A stretch of DNA of 64,000 bases, taken from positions 8,806 through 72,805 of the forward strand of contig JACPFP010000003.1 in assembly GCA_016182915.1 (NCBI GenBank), written 5' to 3'. Under the pieces are notes generated by a model that ran no database searches, was not told where the DNA came from, and was given only the letters and a program-made list of their open reading frames with translations. Of the stretch, positions 54,325 through 62,814 are shown piece after piece; the stretch's first letter is position 1, and each line of letters begins with the position of its first letter. This stretch comes from Candidatus Dojkabacteria bacterium (GTDB lineage: Bacteria > Patescibacteriota > Dojkabacteria > SC72). Both the position numbers and the translations under genes were made by a program.

Positions 54325-56304
54325 ATGAGAGAAACATTATTCAATCTACAATCTAAATATTTAACATCAACAGACCAAAGAAGGTCAATTGATTCCCTAG
54401 TATCAAATATAAAGAAGGGAGAAGATAGGCAGGTTTTACTTGGAGTTACAGGATCTGGAAAAACATTTGTAATGGCAAACCTAATTAATGAACTTAAGAA
54501 GCCAACCCTCATACTTTCACATAATAAAACCCTGGCAGCTCAATTATATGAAGAATTTAAAGAGTTCTTTCCAAATAACGCTGTAAAATACTTTGTCTCA
54601 TACTATGACTACTATCAGCCAGAAGCCTATATCCCTAATAGGGATATATACATTGAAAAAGAGTCCGAGGTTAACCAGCAGATAGAAAGGTTAAGGTTTT
54701 CGGCTATGAATGCTGCTGTGACAAGGCGAGATACAATAATTGTAGCCTCTGTCTCTTGTATCTACAACATCGGAAATCCGGAGAACTATGAAAACAAAGC
54801 AATTGTACTTAAGGTAGGTATGGATATTGAAATATCTAAACTAGCTGGTGACCTTGTCTTTATGAGGTATAACCGAAATGGTGAAGACTTTGTATCTGGC
54901 TCTTTCAGAATTAAAGGAGACGTTGTTGACATATTTATGCCCTACGATGATTTTCCCATTAGAATTCAATTCTTTGGAAATACAATTGAGAGGATCTCAT
55001 ATATTGAAGCTATAACTACACATCGGGTTAAGGATGTAGATGAGGTAGAGGTATACCCTGCAACCTCCCTTGTGTACGATAATGATGTGATTGAAGTAGC
55101 GCTTGGTAAGATTGAAAAAGATCTTGAGATGAGAGTTAATTTCCTTAAAAATATAGGAAAAGATCTTGAAGCAAACAGACTTCTTCAGAAGACAAAATAT
55201 GATATGGAGATGATTAAGGAGGTTGGATACTGTAAAAGCATGGAAAACTACTCAATATACTTTGATGGAAGAAATACAGGTGATGCTCCATACACTCTTC
55301 TTGATTACTTTGATAAAGACTATCTTCTCTTTGTTGATGAATCTCACATAACTGTTCCGCAGGTTAGGGGAATGTACAACGGTGATAGGGCTAGAAAAGA
55401 TAATCTAATAGAGTATGGGTTTAGACTTCCATCTGCAAGGGATAACAGGCCTCTTCATTTTGATGAATTTAGAAAGAAACAGGGAAACACTGTATACTTC
55501 TCCGCGACCCCAGATGAGTGGGAGATAGAAGACTCAAGGGATAAGGTTACAGAGCTCCTTACCCGCCCTACCGGGCTTCTAGATCCAGTTATAACAGTTC
55601 GTCCTTCAGAGAATCAAATTGACGATGTTATATCAGAGGTAAAGAAGAATATTGAGAAAGGACAGAGGGTTCTCATAACAACACTAACTAAGAAGATGGC
55701 AGAAGACCTATCTTCATACATAAAGGACTTGGGTATTAAGGTTCAATACTTGCATTCAGATGTTGATACTGTAGAGAGGGTTGATATTCTAAGAGACCTT
55801 AGGCTTGGTGAATATGATGTTCTTGTGGGTATTAATCTTTTGAGAGAAGGAATTGATCTTCCAGAGGTCTCTCTGGTTATAATTCTAGATGCAGACAAAG
55901 AGGGTTTTCTTCGTTCGAAGACAAGCTTGGTTCAGACCGTTGGAAGGGCTGCAAGGCATGTAGAGGGGCGTGTAATCATGTATGCGGATAGAATTACTGA
56001 GAGTATGAAATTTGCAATTTCTGAGACTGAGAGAAGAAGAAAAACACAGGAGAAATATAACAAGTTGAATGGAATTACCCCTACTACTATTGTAAAGGGA
56101 ATTAGAGATAAACTTGTAGAATCTAAGGAGGAAATTGACGCTATAAATTATAAAGAGTGGGTAGACAGTGCAAAGCCTCCAAAATCTGAAATTAAGAGAG
56201 TACTTAAGGAACTAGAGGATAAAATGCATCTATATGCATCAAATTTACAATTTGAGAAGGCTGCTGAAGTTAGAGATCAGATTAAAGACTTAAAATCTAT
56301 TTGA
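54325..56304 (+). CDS. uvrB: Excinuclease ABC subunit B.
   Basis: Walker A GVTGSGKTF, helicase motifs, the beta-hairpin region and C-terminal UVR domain ..LQFEKAAEVRDQIKDLK. Confidence 0.95.
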   Translation: MRETLFNLQSKYLTSTDQRRSIDSLVSNIKKGEDRQVLLGVTGSGKTFVMANLINELKKPTLILSHNKTLAAQLYEEFKEFFPNNAVKYFVSYYDYYQPEAYIPNRDIYIEKESEVNQQIERLRFSAMNAAVTRRDTIIVASVSCIYNIGNPENYENKAIVLKVGMDIEISKLAGDLVFMRYNRNGEDFVSGSFRIKGDVVDIFMPYDDFPIRIQFFGNTIERISYIEAITTHRVKDVDEVEVYPATSLVYDNDVIEVALGKIEKDLEMRVNFLKNIGKDLEANRLLQKTKYDMEMIKEVGYCKSMENYSIYFDGRNTGDAPYTLLDYFDKDYLLFVDESHITVPQVRGMYNGDRARKDNLIEYGFRLPSARDNRPLHFDEFRKKQGNTVYFSATPDEWEIEDSRDKVTELLTRPTGLLDPVITVRPSENQIDDVISEVKKNIEKGQRVLITTLTKKMAEDLSSYIKDLGIKVQYLHSDVDTVERVDILRDLRLGEYDVLVGINLLREGIDLPEVSLVIILDADKEGFLRSKTSLVQTVGRAARHVEGRVIMYADRITESMKFAISETERRRKTQEKYNKLNGITPTTIVKGIRDKLVESKEEIDAINYKEWVDSAKPPKSEIKRVLKELEDKMHLYASNLQFEKAAEVRDQIKDLKSI

Positions 56305-59300
56305 GATTGAATGTCTTATCGCTATATACAAAGTAACCTTGAAGGTTGTTAAGTGTAAAATCTGCCCCATAAACTTGGTTTTTGAAACTTTGTACGCTTT
56401 CAAACAGTCCCTTTTTAGTATCCCACTGGGTTATATTCAATCTATCCAAATTATGAGTCTTTTTCTCTTCAATAAGGTACTTGAGTGATGAAACTGGGTC
56501 TATTTTTCCCGTAAATCCTATAAAGTTCCAGCCCTCTTTTATTTTGGTTCTAACTTTTGTCGTAACCCTATCACCAGGTAGCATCAATGCAGAAGCTCCT
56601 TTTAGATCTGAGTTGCTAACTATAATATATCCGCTTCCCGGCTTGAGCAGGAAGCTGTTTCCTAATATCCCATACTTCTCATCATCTCTTGGTCTAACAC
56701 CGTTTATCCATTTTCCATCTTCGTATGAGGTGATATATGTAAGTTTAATTTCGTCTATATTTCCTATATTTTGGACTGCTTCTGCGGTTATGTCTGGCGC
56801 CGTCGCACTAGTTCCTCTCTTATAGTTTACACTTATAAAGTTGTATCCTGAGTTTAGCTCTTGCCTGAAAGCGTTCTCTACCTTAACTATTTTAATCTCG
56901 TTTACACTCTTTGGGGCTAATGGTGTATCTTTTTTAGCTTGATATCCTCTTTTCCCATTCTTGTCTTCGTAGAACCTATATTTTGCATCTGAGTTAATCG
57001 GAACATTTGTGACTTTGTAGTCTCCTATTTGAACATTATAGATACCGTCCTCAGGGAACTTTACAACACTCCCGGAGATCTCTTTCACTTTCAGGGTCTC
57101 TGCTGCACTTGCTGTCTGTAGTAGTTTTGTAAATATTGCGGTTTGGGTTTTTGATATTGGTATATTTGTAATGCCATCCTCGACAGGAGGATTGTTGGGG
57201 TTTACACATCGCGTATTTATTCCGTATTGATTACTGGCACTCTGTTCTTTCGGGCTTGGCAAACCATTTTCGCAAATTTGATCAAACTTTTTACCTTCAC
57301 AGGCTTCATTTATTTTTACCCCTCTTGGAGTATCTGGAGGAACACCTTCACTTGCTGATCTTACAGTTCCTTCGCAATTCGCTCTCATTTCTGCGTCTGT
57401 ATTCCCTCTTAGGGGTTCACTTCCTACTGCCTGTACGGTAAAAGCTCCAACGGCACGTCCAATATAGAATGCTTCTGGATCGCTACATTTATTAAAGAAA
57501 GTATCATTTTCATAATCAAAATAAATATTGTCTTTGCCTGAATACTTAATTGCACAACAGATTGGCATTACCTCAGTTGTAGATTTATCCTTAATTTCAG
57601 CACCAAACTCAACCTTTCCACCATTCAGAGTAGTTCCTGTCTTGTACGCATCTGCACAGCTGGTCGAGGTAGTTCTTTTGCCAATAAAATCTTTCTCCCC
57701 TTCAAGTAAAACAGCACAACACATCTCTCTTGGAGTACCAGATGATGGGTTGGTTGGGATAGGGTTTGATGATGGCGGGGAGGATGGTGACGAAGGAGGT
57801 GTTGTAGGAGATGTAGTTGGCGGAGTTGTAGGGGTAGTCGTAGGAGGAGGGGAACTTGCACCATCTGTATCACAATCAAGATTAGGCTGTGCAGTTGACT
57901 CTTTTTTCATCCAATTAGGAAATGCTCCTTTACCATATGAACTCCACTGCAGCTTTAAATCCTCATAATATTTCGTTCCATAGGAAGTTTCAGTACAATC
58001 CCCAGTCCAAAATCCAGTTGCCCATTTAACTATGTCGAAACCTCCTTCTATGCACTTAGTGTGAGGAAGGAGGCCAAACATTTCAGTTTGAGCCTTTATA
58101 TCCTCTTTTGGAGTTTGATTACATGGATAGGCGGGATAATTCCCAGCCCCTCCATAGCAATGAATACCCATATCTTCTACGCCAGGAAATCGTACATAAT
58201 TACTGGCAGCAGACTCATGAACCCATATACTTAGAGCTAATGCAGGGTTTATGCCATACTGTTTTGATTTACAGACTACATAGTTAAAACACTCAGCGGC
58301 TTGGCTTCCTTCCCCCGCCAATCTGTTTGCATATGAGACAAATTCTGTTCTATTAATCTCTGCAACTTCAAATTTATCATCATCTAAAAAGGCGTTACAT
58401 GTTCCTCCAAAAGTGCCACCTTCGGTCTCACTTCCGGTCCCTGAAGAGGATCCTTCGGGAAGGCCCTCACTTGCAAGGCGTTTTATACTTTCACAGTTAT
58501 TTCTTTTTTCAGTATCATTGCTTCCAGAAACGGTAACATCTCCTACCTGTGTAATTGTCCCTCCCCCAGCTTCACTACCAACAGGGAAGCATTTACCACA
58601 GGAATTACATGCTCCATCATTTTCGTAATCAAAGTATACATTCTTTCTACCCGTTATAATTAGTGCACAGCAAAGTGAATCGCCTGCTGCAGAAACCTCG
58701 GAGATAAAAGAACCTAAAAAGGACTTCCTCAAGGCCTGCATCCTGTCATATTTGAAAAGTTCGATAGATGTATGGCCACTCTTTTCAGGCTCAAACTGGC
58801 CCGGAGCTTCTTTTTTATTCTCTATATGGGCAGAAATATATATTTCCTTTTCTGTTGAAAGAACCTCCGCACTTGCTGAAGAGTAGTCTAGGACCCAACC
58901 GCCAATATCGTTTACATAAGTAGATACTATACTTGACGTCTTGGTTGTATCAATCTCAGAGTTTGATTTCTGTGCATATACTTTGGCAAATACTATTCCG
59001 TCTGAGTATCCCATATCTTCTTGGTCTCTTAATTCCCCTGATATTGTTTGCGGAAGAATAAAAGAGCTTGCTGCTATGTTATTTGTTTTAAATTCGAAAC
59101 TAGCTGTATTATCTATTGAAAACCATTCTCTATTTTGATTCACATTATCAATATTCCATATGGTGAGCCCGTTTGAGATTCTGAATGAGTATGTTTTATC
59201 TGGTTTAAGGTTAGTAATATTGACATAGTGGGTATACCTGCTTTGAATATTCCTTACGGTTTTGGTTGAGGTCTCGTAGATATCTCTCTGGTCGTAGTAT

Positions 59301-59557
59301 TTCTTTGAGTTGAAGTAGTCGGTGATATTATTGCTAAACTTTCCATGATCACTTACAAGAACTAGGCCGGGATTTTTCTCTGTGGTTACCCATGTAATTG
59401 TAGCTGAAGTTGCTGTAACGTTAGATATTTTTACATCATGGGCTTGTACAAATAGAAAATTTTTTATTGAAAAGATTGAGATTACTAGAAGGAAAATTCC
59501 TGTAATTAAGAGGAGTGTTTTATAATTCTTTTTGTTCTTTATCTTACTGGACTTCAT
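56297..59557 (-). CDS. Large (1086-aa) secreted/anchored multi-domain protein with an FN3-like domain, a peptidoglycan-hydrolase-like domain, a Pro/Thr-rich linker and a duplicated Cys-rich module.
   Basis: N-terminal signal anchor and an FN3-like segment (..VKISNVTATSATITWVT..). A lysozyme/glucosaminidase-like segment reads ..KQYGINPALALSIWVHESAASNY... A PT-rich linker reads PPPTTTPTTPPTTSPTTPPSSPSSPP. Two related modules contain CCA..NVYFDYEND..C..ASEG. Confidence 0.6.
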   Translation of the reverse strand: MKSSKIKNKKNYKTLLLITGIFLLVISIFSIKNFLFVQAHDVKISNVTATSATITWVTTEKNPGLVLVSDHGKFSNNITDYFNSKKYYDQRDIYETSTKTVRNIQSRYTHYVNITNLKPDKTYSFRISNGLTIWNIDNVNQNREWFSIDNTASFEFKTNNIAASSFILPQTISGELRDQEDMGYSDGIVFAKVYAQKSNSEIDTTKTSSIVSTYVNDIGGWVLDYSSASAEVLSTEKEIYISAHIENKKEAPGQFEPEKSGHTSIELFKYDRMQALRKSFLGSFISEVSAAGDSLCCALIITGRKNVYFDYENDGACNSCGKCFPVGSEAGGGTITQVGDVTVSGSNDTEKRNNCESIKRLASEGLPEGSSSGTGSETEGGTFGGTCNAFLDDDKFEVAEINRTEFVSYANRLAGEGSQAAECFNYVVCKSKQYGINPALALSIWVHESAASNYVRFPGVEDMGIHCYGGAGNYPAYPCNQTPKEDIKAQTEMFGLLPHTKCIEGGFDIVKWATGFWTGDCTETSYGTKYYEDLKLQWSSYGKGAFPNWMKKESTAQPNLDCDTDGASSPPPTTTPTTPPTTSPTTPPSSPSSPPSSNPIPTNPSSGTPREMCCAVLLEGEKDFIGKRTTSTSCADAYKTGTTLNGGKVEFGAEIKDKSTTEVMPICCAIKYSGKDNIYFDYENDTFFNKCSDPEAFYIGRAVGAFTVQAVGSEPLRGNTDAEMRANCEGTVRSASEGVPPDTPRGVKINEACEGKKFDQICENGLPSPKEQSASNQYGINTRCVNPNNPPVEDGITNIPISKTQTAIFTKLLQTASAAETLKVKEISGSVVKFPEDGIYNVQIGDYKVTNVPINSDAKYRFYEDKNGKRGYQAKKDTPLAPKSVNEIKIVKVENAFRQELNSGYNFISVNYKRGTSATAPDITAEAVQNIGNIDEIKLTYITSYEDGKWINGVRPRDDEKYGILGNSFLLKPGSGYIIVSNSDLKGASALMLPGDRVTTKVRTKIKEGWNFIGFTGKIDPVSSLKYLIEEKKTHNLDRLNITQWDTKKGLFESVQSFKNQVYGADFTLNNLQGYFVYSDKTFNLK

Positions 59558-59609
59558 TTAGAGAATATTATCATTTTTTAGAAGGATTGCATACGAATAT
59601 CTTTATACT

Positions 59610-60089
59610 CTATTTATGCTTTTTAAGTACTACTTCTATAATTCGAGATGTTGATTTACTTTTTCTATGGTCTTCTCTCTTATAGATCATTGTTGTTCCA
59701 TAACCCTCTATTATATCTCTATGATCCAACCATTTGGTATCTGTGGTATAGAAAAGGTTTGGTTTTAGTAATGAGATTATCTGTGTAGTTGGGTACAAAC
59801 CATCCTTAATTCCATAAGGCATAATAATTGCGAAATCGACACACTTTATATTATCCATAACAATGGCTCTATCATTCTCGTCAACTATCGGGCGTCCGGC
59901 GCCTTTTCTTTCAGTGACCCTTTTATTTGGTGAGATCCCTACAACAAGTAAGTCACCAAATTTCTTTGCTCTAGAGAGGAATTTAATATGACCAGGGTGA
60001 AGTATATCGAAAGTACCGCAAACAAGCACAAGCTTTTTCTTGTTATACAACCTACGTAGATTTTCTAGTTGGTTCATTTGGAGTACCAT
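59610..60089 (-). CDS. Cytidylyl/adenylyltransferase-like nucleotidyltransferase (HxGH superfamily).
   Basis: ..VLVCGTFDILHPGHIKFL.. has the (T/H)xGH motif of the cytidylyltransferase-like superfamily. The family is otherwise unassigned. Confidence 0.6.
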   Translation of the reverse strand: MVLQMNQLENLRRLYNKKKLVLVCGTFDILHPGHIKFLSRAKKFGDLLVVGISPNKRVTERKGAGRPIVDENDRAIVMDNIKCVDFAIIMPYGIKDGLYPTTQIISLLKPNLFYTTDTKWLDHRDIIEGYGTTMIYKREDHRKSKSTSRIIEVVLKKHK

Positions 60090-60120
60090 CGATAATTTTC
60101 AGATCTTCGTTTTTCTTTTT

Positions 60121-60194
60121 TGGTTGCGGGACATGGACTCGAACCATGATTCACGGCTTCAAAGGCCGGTGTCCTACCATTAGACGATCCCGCA
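60121..60194 (-). tRNA. tRNA-Gln (anticodon TTG).
   Basis: The reverse complement folds as acceptor TGCGGGA/TCCCGCA, D-arm GTCT-AATGGTA-GGAC, anticodon stem CCGGC/GCCGT (one mismatch) with loop CTTTGAA (U33, anticodon UUG, A37), T-arm CATGG-TTCGAGT-CCATG, discriminator A, and CCA encoded. Confidence 0.75.
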
Positions 60195-60203
60195 TATACT
60201 CCC

Positions 60204-61349
60204 GTGTATTATACTATCTTGATTTGTAATATAACAAACTTTCCTTTAAATTATAACTGTATGAAATATAATGCGATCGGAAAGAAAAGATATAAAGAGA
60301 GGAAATCCCTAAAACATAGGTTTAGTGTAATACTGGCAAAGATTAAAAGCCGAAAAGGTAGAAAGGGTGGCCTAAGGACAGTTAAGAGACTCCCAGGTAA
60401 GTCGATTTTTCGCTCCCTATTTCTTCTGTTCCTTATTTTAGGTAGTATTTTCCTCTTAACTATACTTATAAAATATGTCTCAAACCTTAGAACAGATGTG
60501 TTAAGTGGTAATGGAGTCAGTAAGGAGAAGGTTGTAGGTTTCGATGAGGTACCAGAATTCCCCTCTTCATCTTTTATCTTTAAAGGTAACTTGGAAAATG
60601 ATGATGTAAAAAGGTTTTTAAGCGGCGGACAGTCCATATACCGGCTTGAACCTGGAAACAGTTTTGATGACGTAATCGAATACTATTCTAAAACTCTTCC
60701 TGACAACGGTTGGGAGCATGTTCTAAGTGTACCTTTAGAATCTGAAGAGCAAAAGTACGGTGAGTATTGGGTGAAAGGGGATGTTGGCCTGCGTATATAC
60801 TCAAAGCTTAATGACATTTGGTATCAAACACTTTCTGTTAACGATGCTAAAACCGGTTTGGCAGCACAGGTGAAACAGGAGGTTGAATTCCAGCTATTAC
60901 TATCAGAAGATGCAAAGCAGGATCTTAGACCTGATTTTCCTTGGATCCTAAGTTTCTCAAATGATTATATCGCAACATATAATGGAACGGACGTGGGTGA
61001 GCTTCAAAGTGTGGTATTTCAAAGACTTGGGTCAAACAAAACAGTCAGGATTGACCCATTGGGGTATAAAGGGGCGTTTTCTTATGATAGGTTCCTTGAG
61101 AATGAGTTGAAAAAAGTAAACAAGAAAGAGAAAAGCTCTTGGATGATACTTAATACAGTAGTCACAGTCGTTTCTGGACAGGAAGCTCTTTTTGCAAAAA
61201 TCGTTGATGGGGGAAAATTTGCAGAAGCATATATTGTAGGCAACCCCAGGAATACTATTGTGTATATATTTAGGTCCTCAGATGAAGGCGATCCGTTTCT
61301 TAAATATATTGTTGAGAGGATTCAGCCTGCAAAGACTAGTTTGAACTAG
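60204..61349 (+). CDS. Hypothetical membrane-anchored protein with a basic N-terminus, one TM helix and a large external domain.
   Basis: K/R-rich cytoplasmic N-terminus, TM helix LFLLFLILGSIFLLTILI, and a soluble domain with no recognised motif. The true start may be the ATG at about 60261 (MKYNAIG). Confidence 0.45.
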   Translation: MYYTILICNITNFPLNYNCMKYNAIGKKRYKERKSLKHRFSVILAKIKSRKGRKGGLRTVKRLPGKSIFRSLFLLFLILGSIFLLTILIKYVSNLRTDVLSGNGVSKEKVVGFDEVPEFPSSSFIFKGNLENDDVKRFLSGGQSIYRLEPGNSFDDVIEYYSKTLPDNGWEHVLSVPLESEEQKYGEYWVKGDVGLRIYSKLNDIWYQTLSVNDAKTGLAAQVKQEVEFQLLLSEDAKQDLRPDFPWILSFSNDYIATYNGTDVGELQSVVFQRLGSNKTVRIDPLGYKGAFSYDRFLENELKKVNKKEKSSWMILNTVVTVVSGQEALFAKIVDGGKFAEAYIVGNPRNTIVYIFRSSDEGDPFLKYIVERIQPAKTSLN

Positions 61350-62814
61350 TCTCCCTAAGTCGTTTAACAATATTTGAAGAAGTGGTGCTGTTTTTAACTA
61401 CCTTATCTATATCTTCTAATGTAGCAGATTTTAATCCATCTAGAGATCCAAATGTTTTAATCAGCTTTCTTCTTGTAACTTCCCCTACTCCTTTTATTTC
61501 ATCCAGCACTGACTTCTTCTGTACAAATTTTCTTAGTTTTCTGTGATGAAGAAGCGCAAATCTATGAGCTTCATCTCTTAATAGAGAAAGAGAGGTTGAT
61601 TTAGGGATTTGTACCTGTTGCGATCCTTCACCTGTAATAATCCAGAACTCATCCTTAAGTTTTCCTCCTTTTCTTCTATATTTCCTCCCCTTTGTAATTC
61701 CAAGTATAAAGATATCGCTTGGAATTACCTCTCTAACTGTCGAGAGTTGGGTCTTACCCCCGTCAATCAGTATCATGTCTGGCTTTTGTACAAGGCTCTC
61801 GTCGGTATCGTTTCCTATATGTTTTAGCCTTCTTTCGAGCGCTTCTTTAAGCATTTCAGGGTCATTAGGTGTGTTGAGTGACTTTATCTTAAATACGCGG
61901 TAGAGATGGCTTTGCGGTACTCCATTTATACTTACAACCATTGAACCGTATGAGAGTTTTCCCTGAATATTTGATATGTCGTAGCACTCGATGCGTTCAA
62001 GTTTTTTCATACCAAGCGTGTCCCTGATCTTATCAGTCTCTACCTTTGATCTTGTATCTCTTTCCTTTATATATTCCTGCTCGGTACTGAAATATGTGAA
62101 TTTAATCTCTGAACCAAGGTACTTTAGATCCTCAATCTTATCTCTTAAGTCTGCGGCTTTCTCGAACTCCTGATTCTCAGAGTATTCAGCCATCTGTTTC
62201 TCTAATTCCCGGATATGTCCCCTATTATTCCCCTTAAGGAATCGAATAATTCCGTCTATATTAGATCTATATTCTTCTTTGGTTACATCTGGTCCTGGAC
62301 ATAGTCCAATTCTAGAATAGAAGCATGGCTTTGTAGGGTCTTTGCTTGTACAGAAAGGGTATATCTTTCGAATGTAATTAAAGACTCTTCGAATTGGTCT
62401 TCCACTTGGATATGGACCAAAGAGCAGACCTCTATTATATTCTGACTTATTTAAAGTTCGGATTATCTTTACAGTTGGATACTCATCTTTGGTGGTTATA
62501 TATAGCCATGCGTAGCTTTTGTCATCTTTAAGATCGCTATTGTACTTGGGAAGATATTTCTTTATAAGGGCAGATTCAAGTATGAGAGCTTCTATTTCAT
62601 TGTCTGTCTGAGTGAAATCCAAACCATGGACAAAGGGAATCATCTGTATGATTCTTGGGCGATCACTTATGTCTGAGCTGAAATATGAGGAGACTCTACT
62701 GTGCAGATTAGTTGCTTTGCCAATATAGAGTAGCTCTCCATTCTCGTCGAGAAATTTATACACTCCCGGTGATCTGGGGAGAAGTTGTATTTTTTCTTTT
62801 AACTGCTCTGTCAT
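61336..62814 (-). CDS. uvrC: Excinuclease ABC subunit C (compact form).
   Basis: N-terminal GIY-YIG (..VYKFLDENGELLYIGKATNLHSRVSSYF..), a UvrB-interacting UVR motif (..EFEKAADLRDKIEDLK..), an RNase H-like endonuclease domain and a C-terminal HhH (..VGEVTRRKLIKTFGSLDGL..). Confidence 0.9.
   Translation of the reverse strand: MTEQLKEKIQLLPRSPGVYKFLDENGELLYIGKATNLHSRVSSYFSSDISDRPRIIQMIPFVHGLDFTQTDNEIEALILESALIKKYLPKYNSDLKDDKSYAWLYITTKDEYPTVKIIRTLNKSEYNRGLLFGPYPSGRPIRRVFNYIRKIYPFCTSKDPTKPCFYSRIGLCPGPDVTKEEYRSNIDGIIRFLKGNNRGHIRELEKQMAEYSENQEFEKAADLRDKIEDLKYLGSEIKFTYFSTEQEYIKERDTRSKVETDKIRDTLGMKKLERIECYDISNIQGKLSYGSMVVSINGVPQSHLYRVFKIKSLNTPNDPEMLKEALERRLKHIGNDTDESLVQKPDMILIDGGKTQLSTVREVIPSDIFILGITKGRKYRRKGGKLKDEFWIITGEGSQQVQIPKSTSLSLLRDEAHRFALLHHRKLRKFVQKKSVLDEIKGVGEVTRRKLIKTFGSLDGLKSATLEDIDKVVKNSTTSSNIVKRLRETSSN

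Noticed and set aside
57528-57968. ORFs antisense to the 1086-aa gene, including a His/Pro/Leu-rich ORF at 57625..57879.
   Set aside because: They arise from the repetitive Pro/Thr-linker codons read in other frames, and they lie fully inside a well-supported long CDS.
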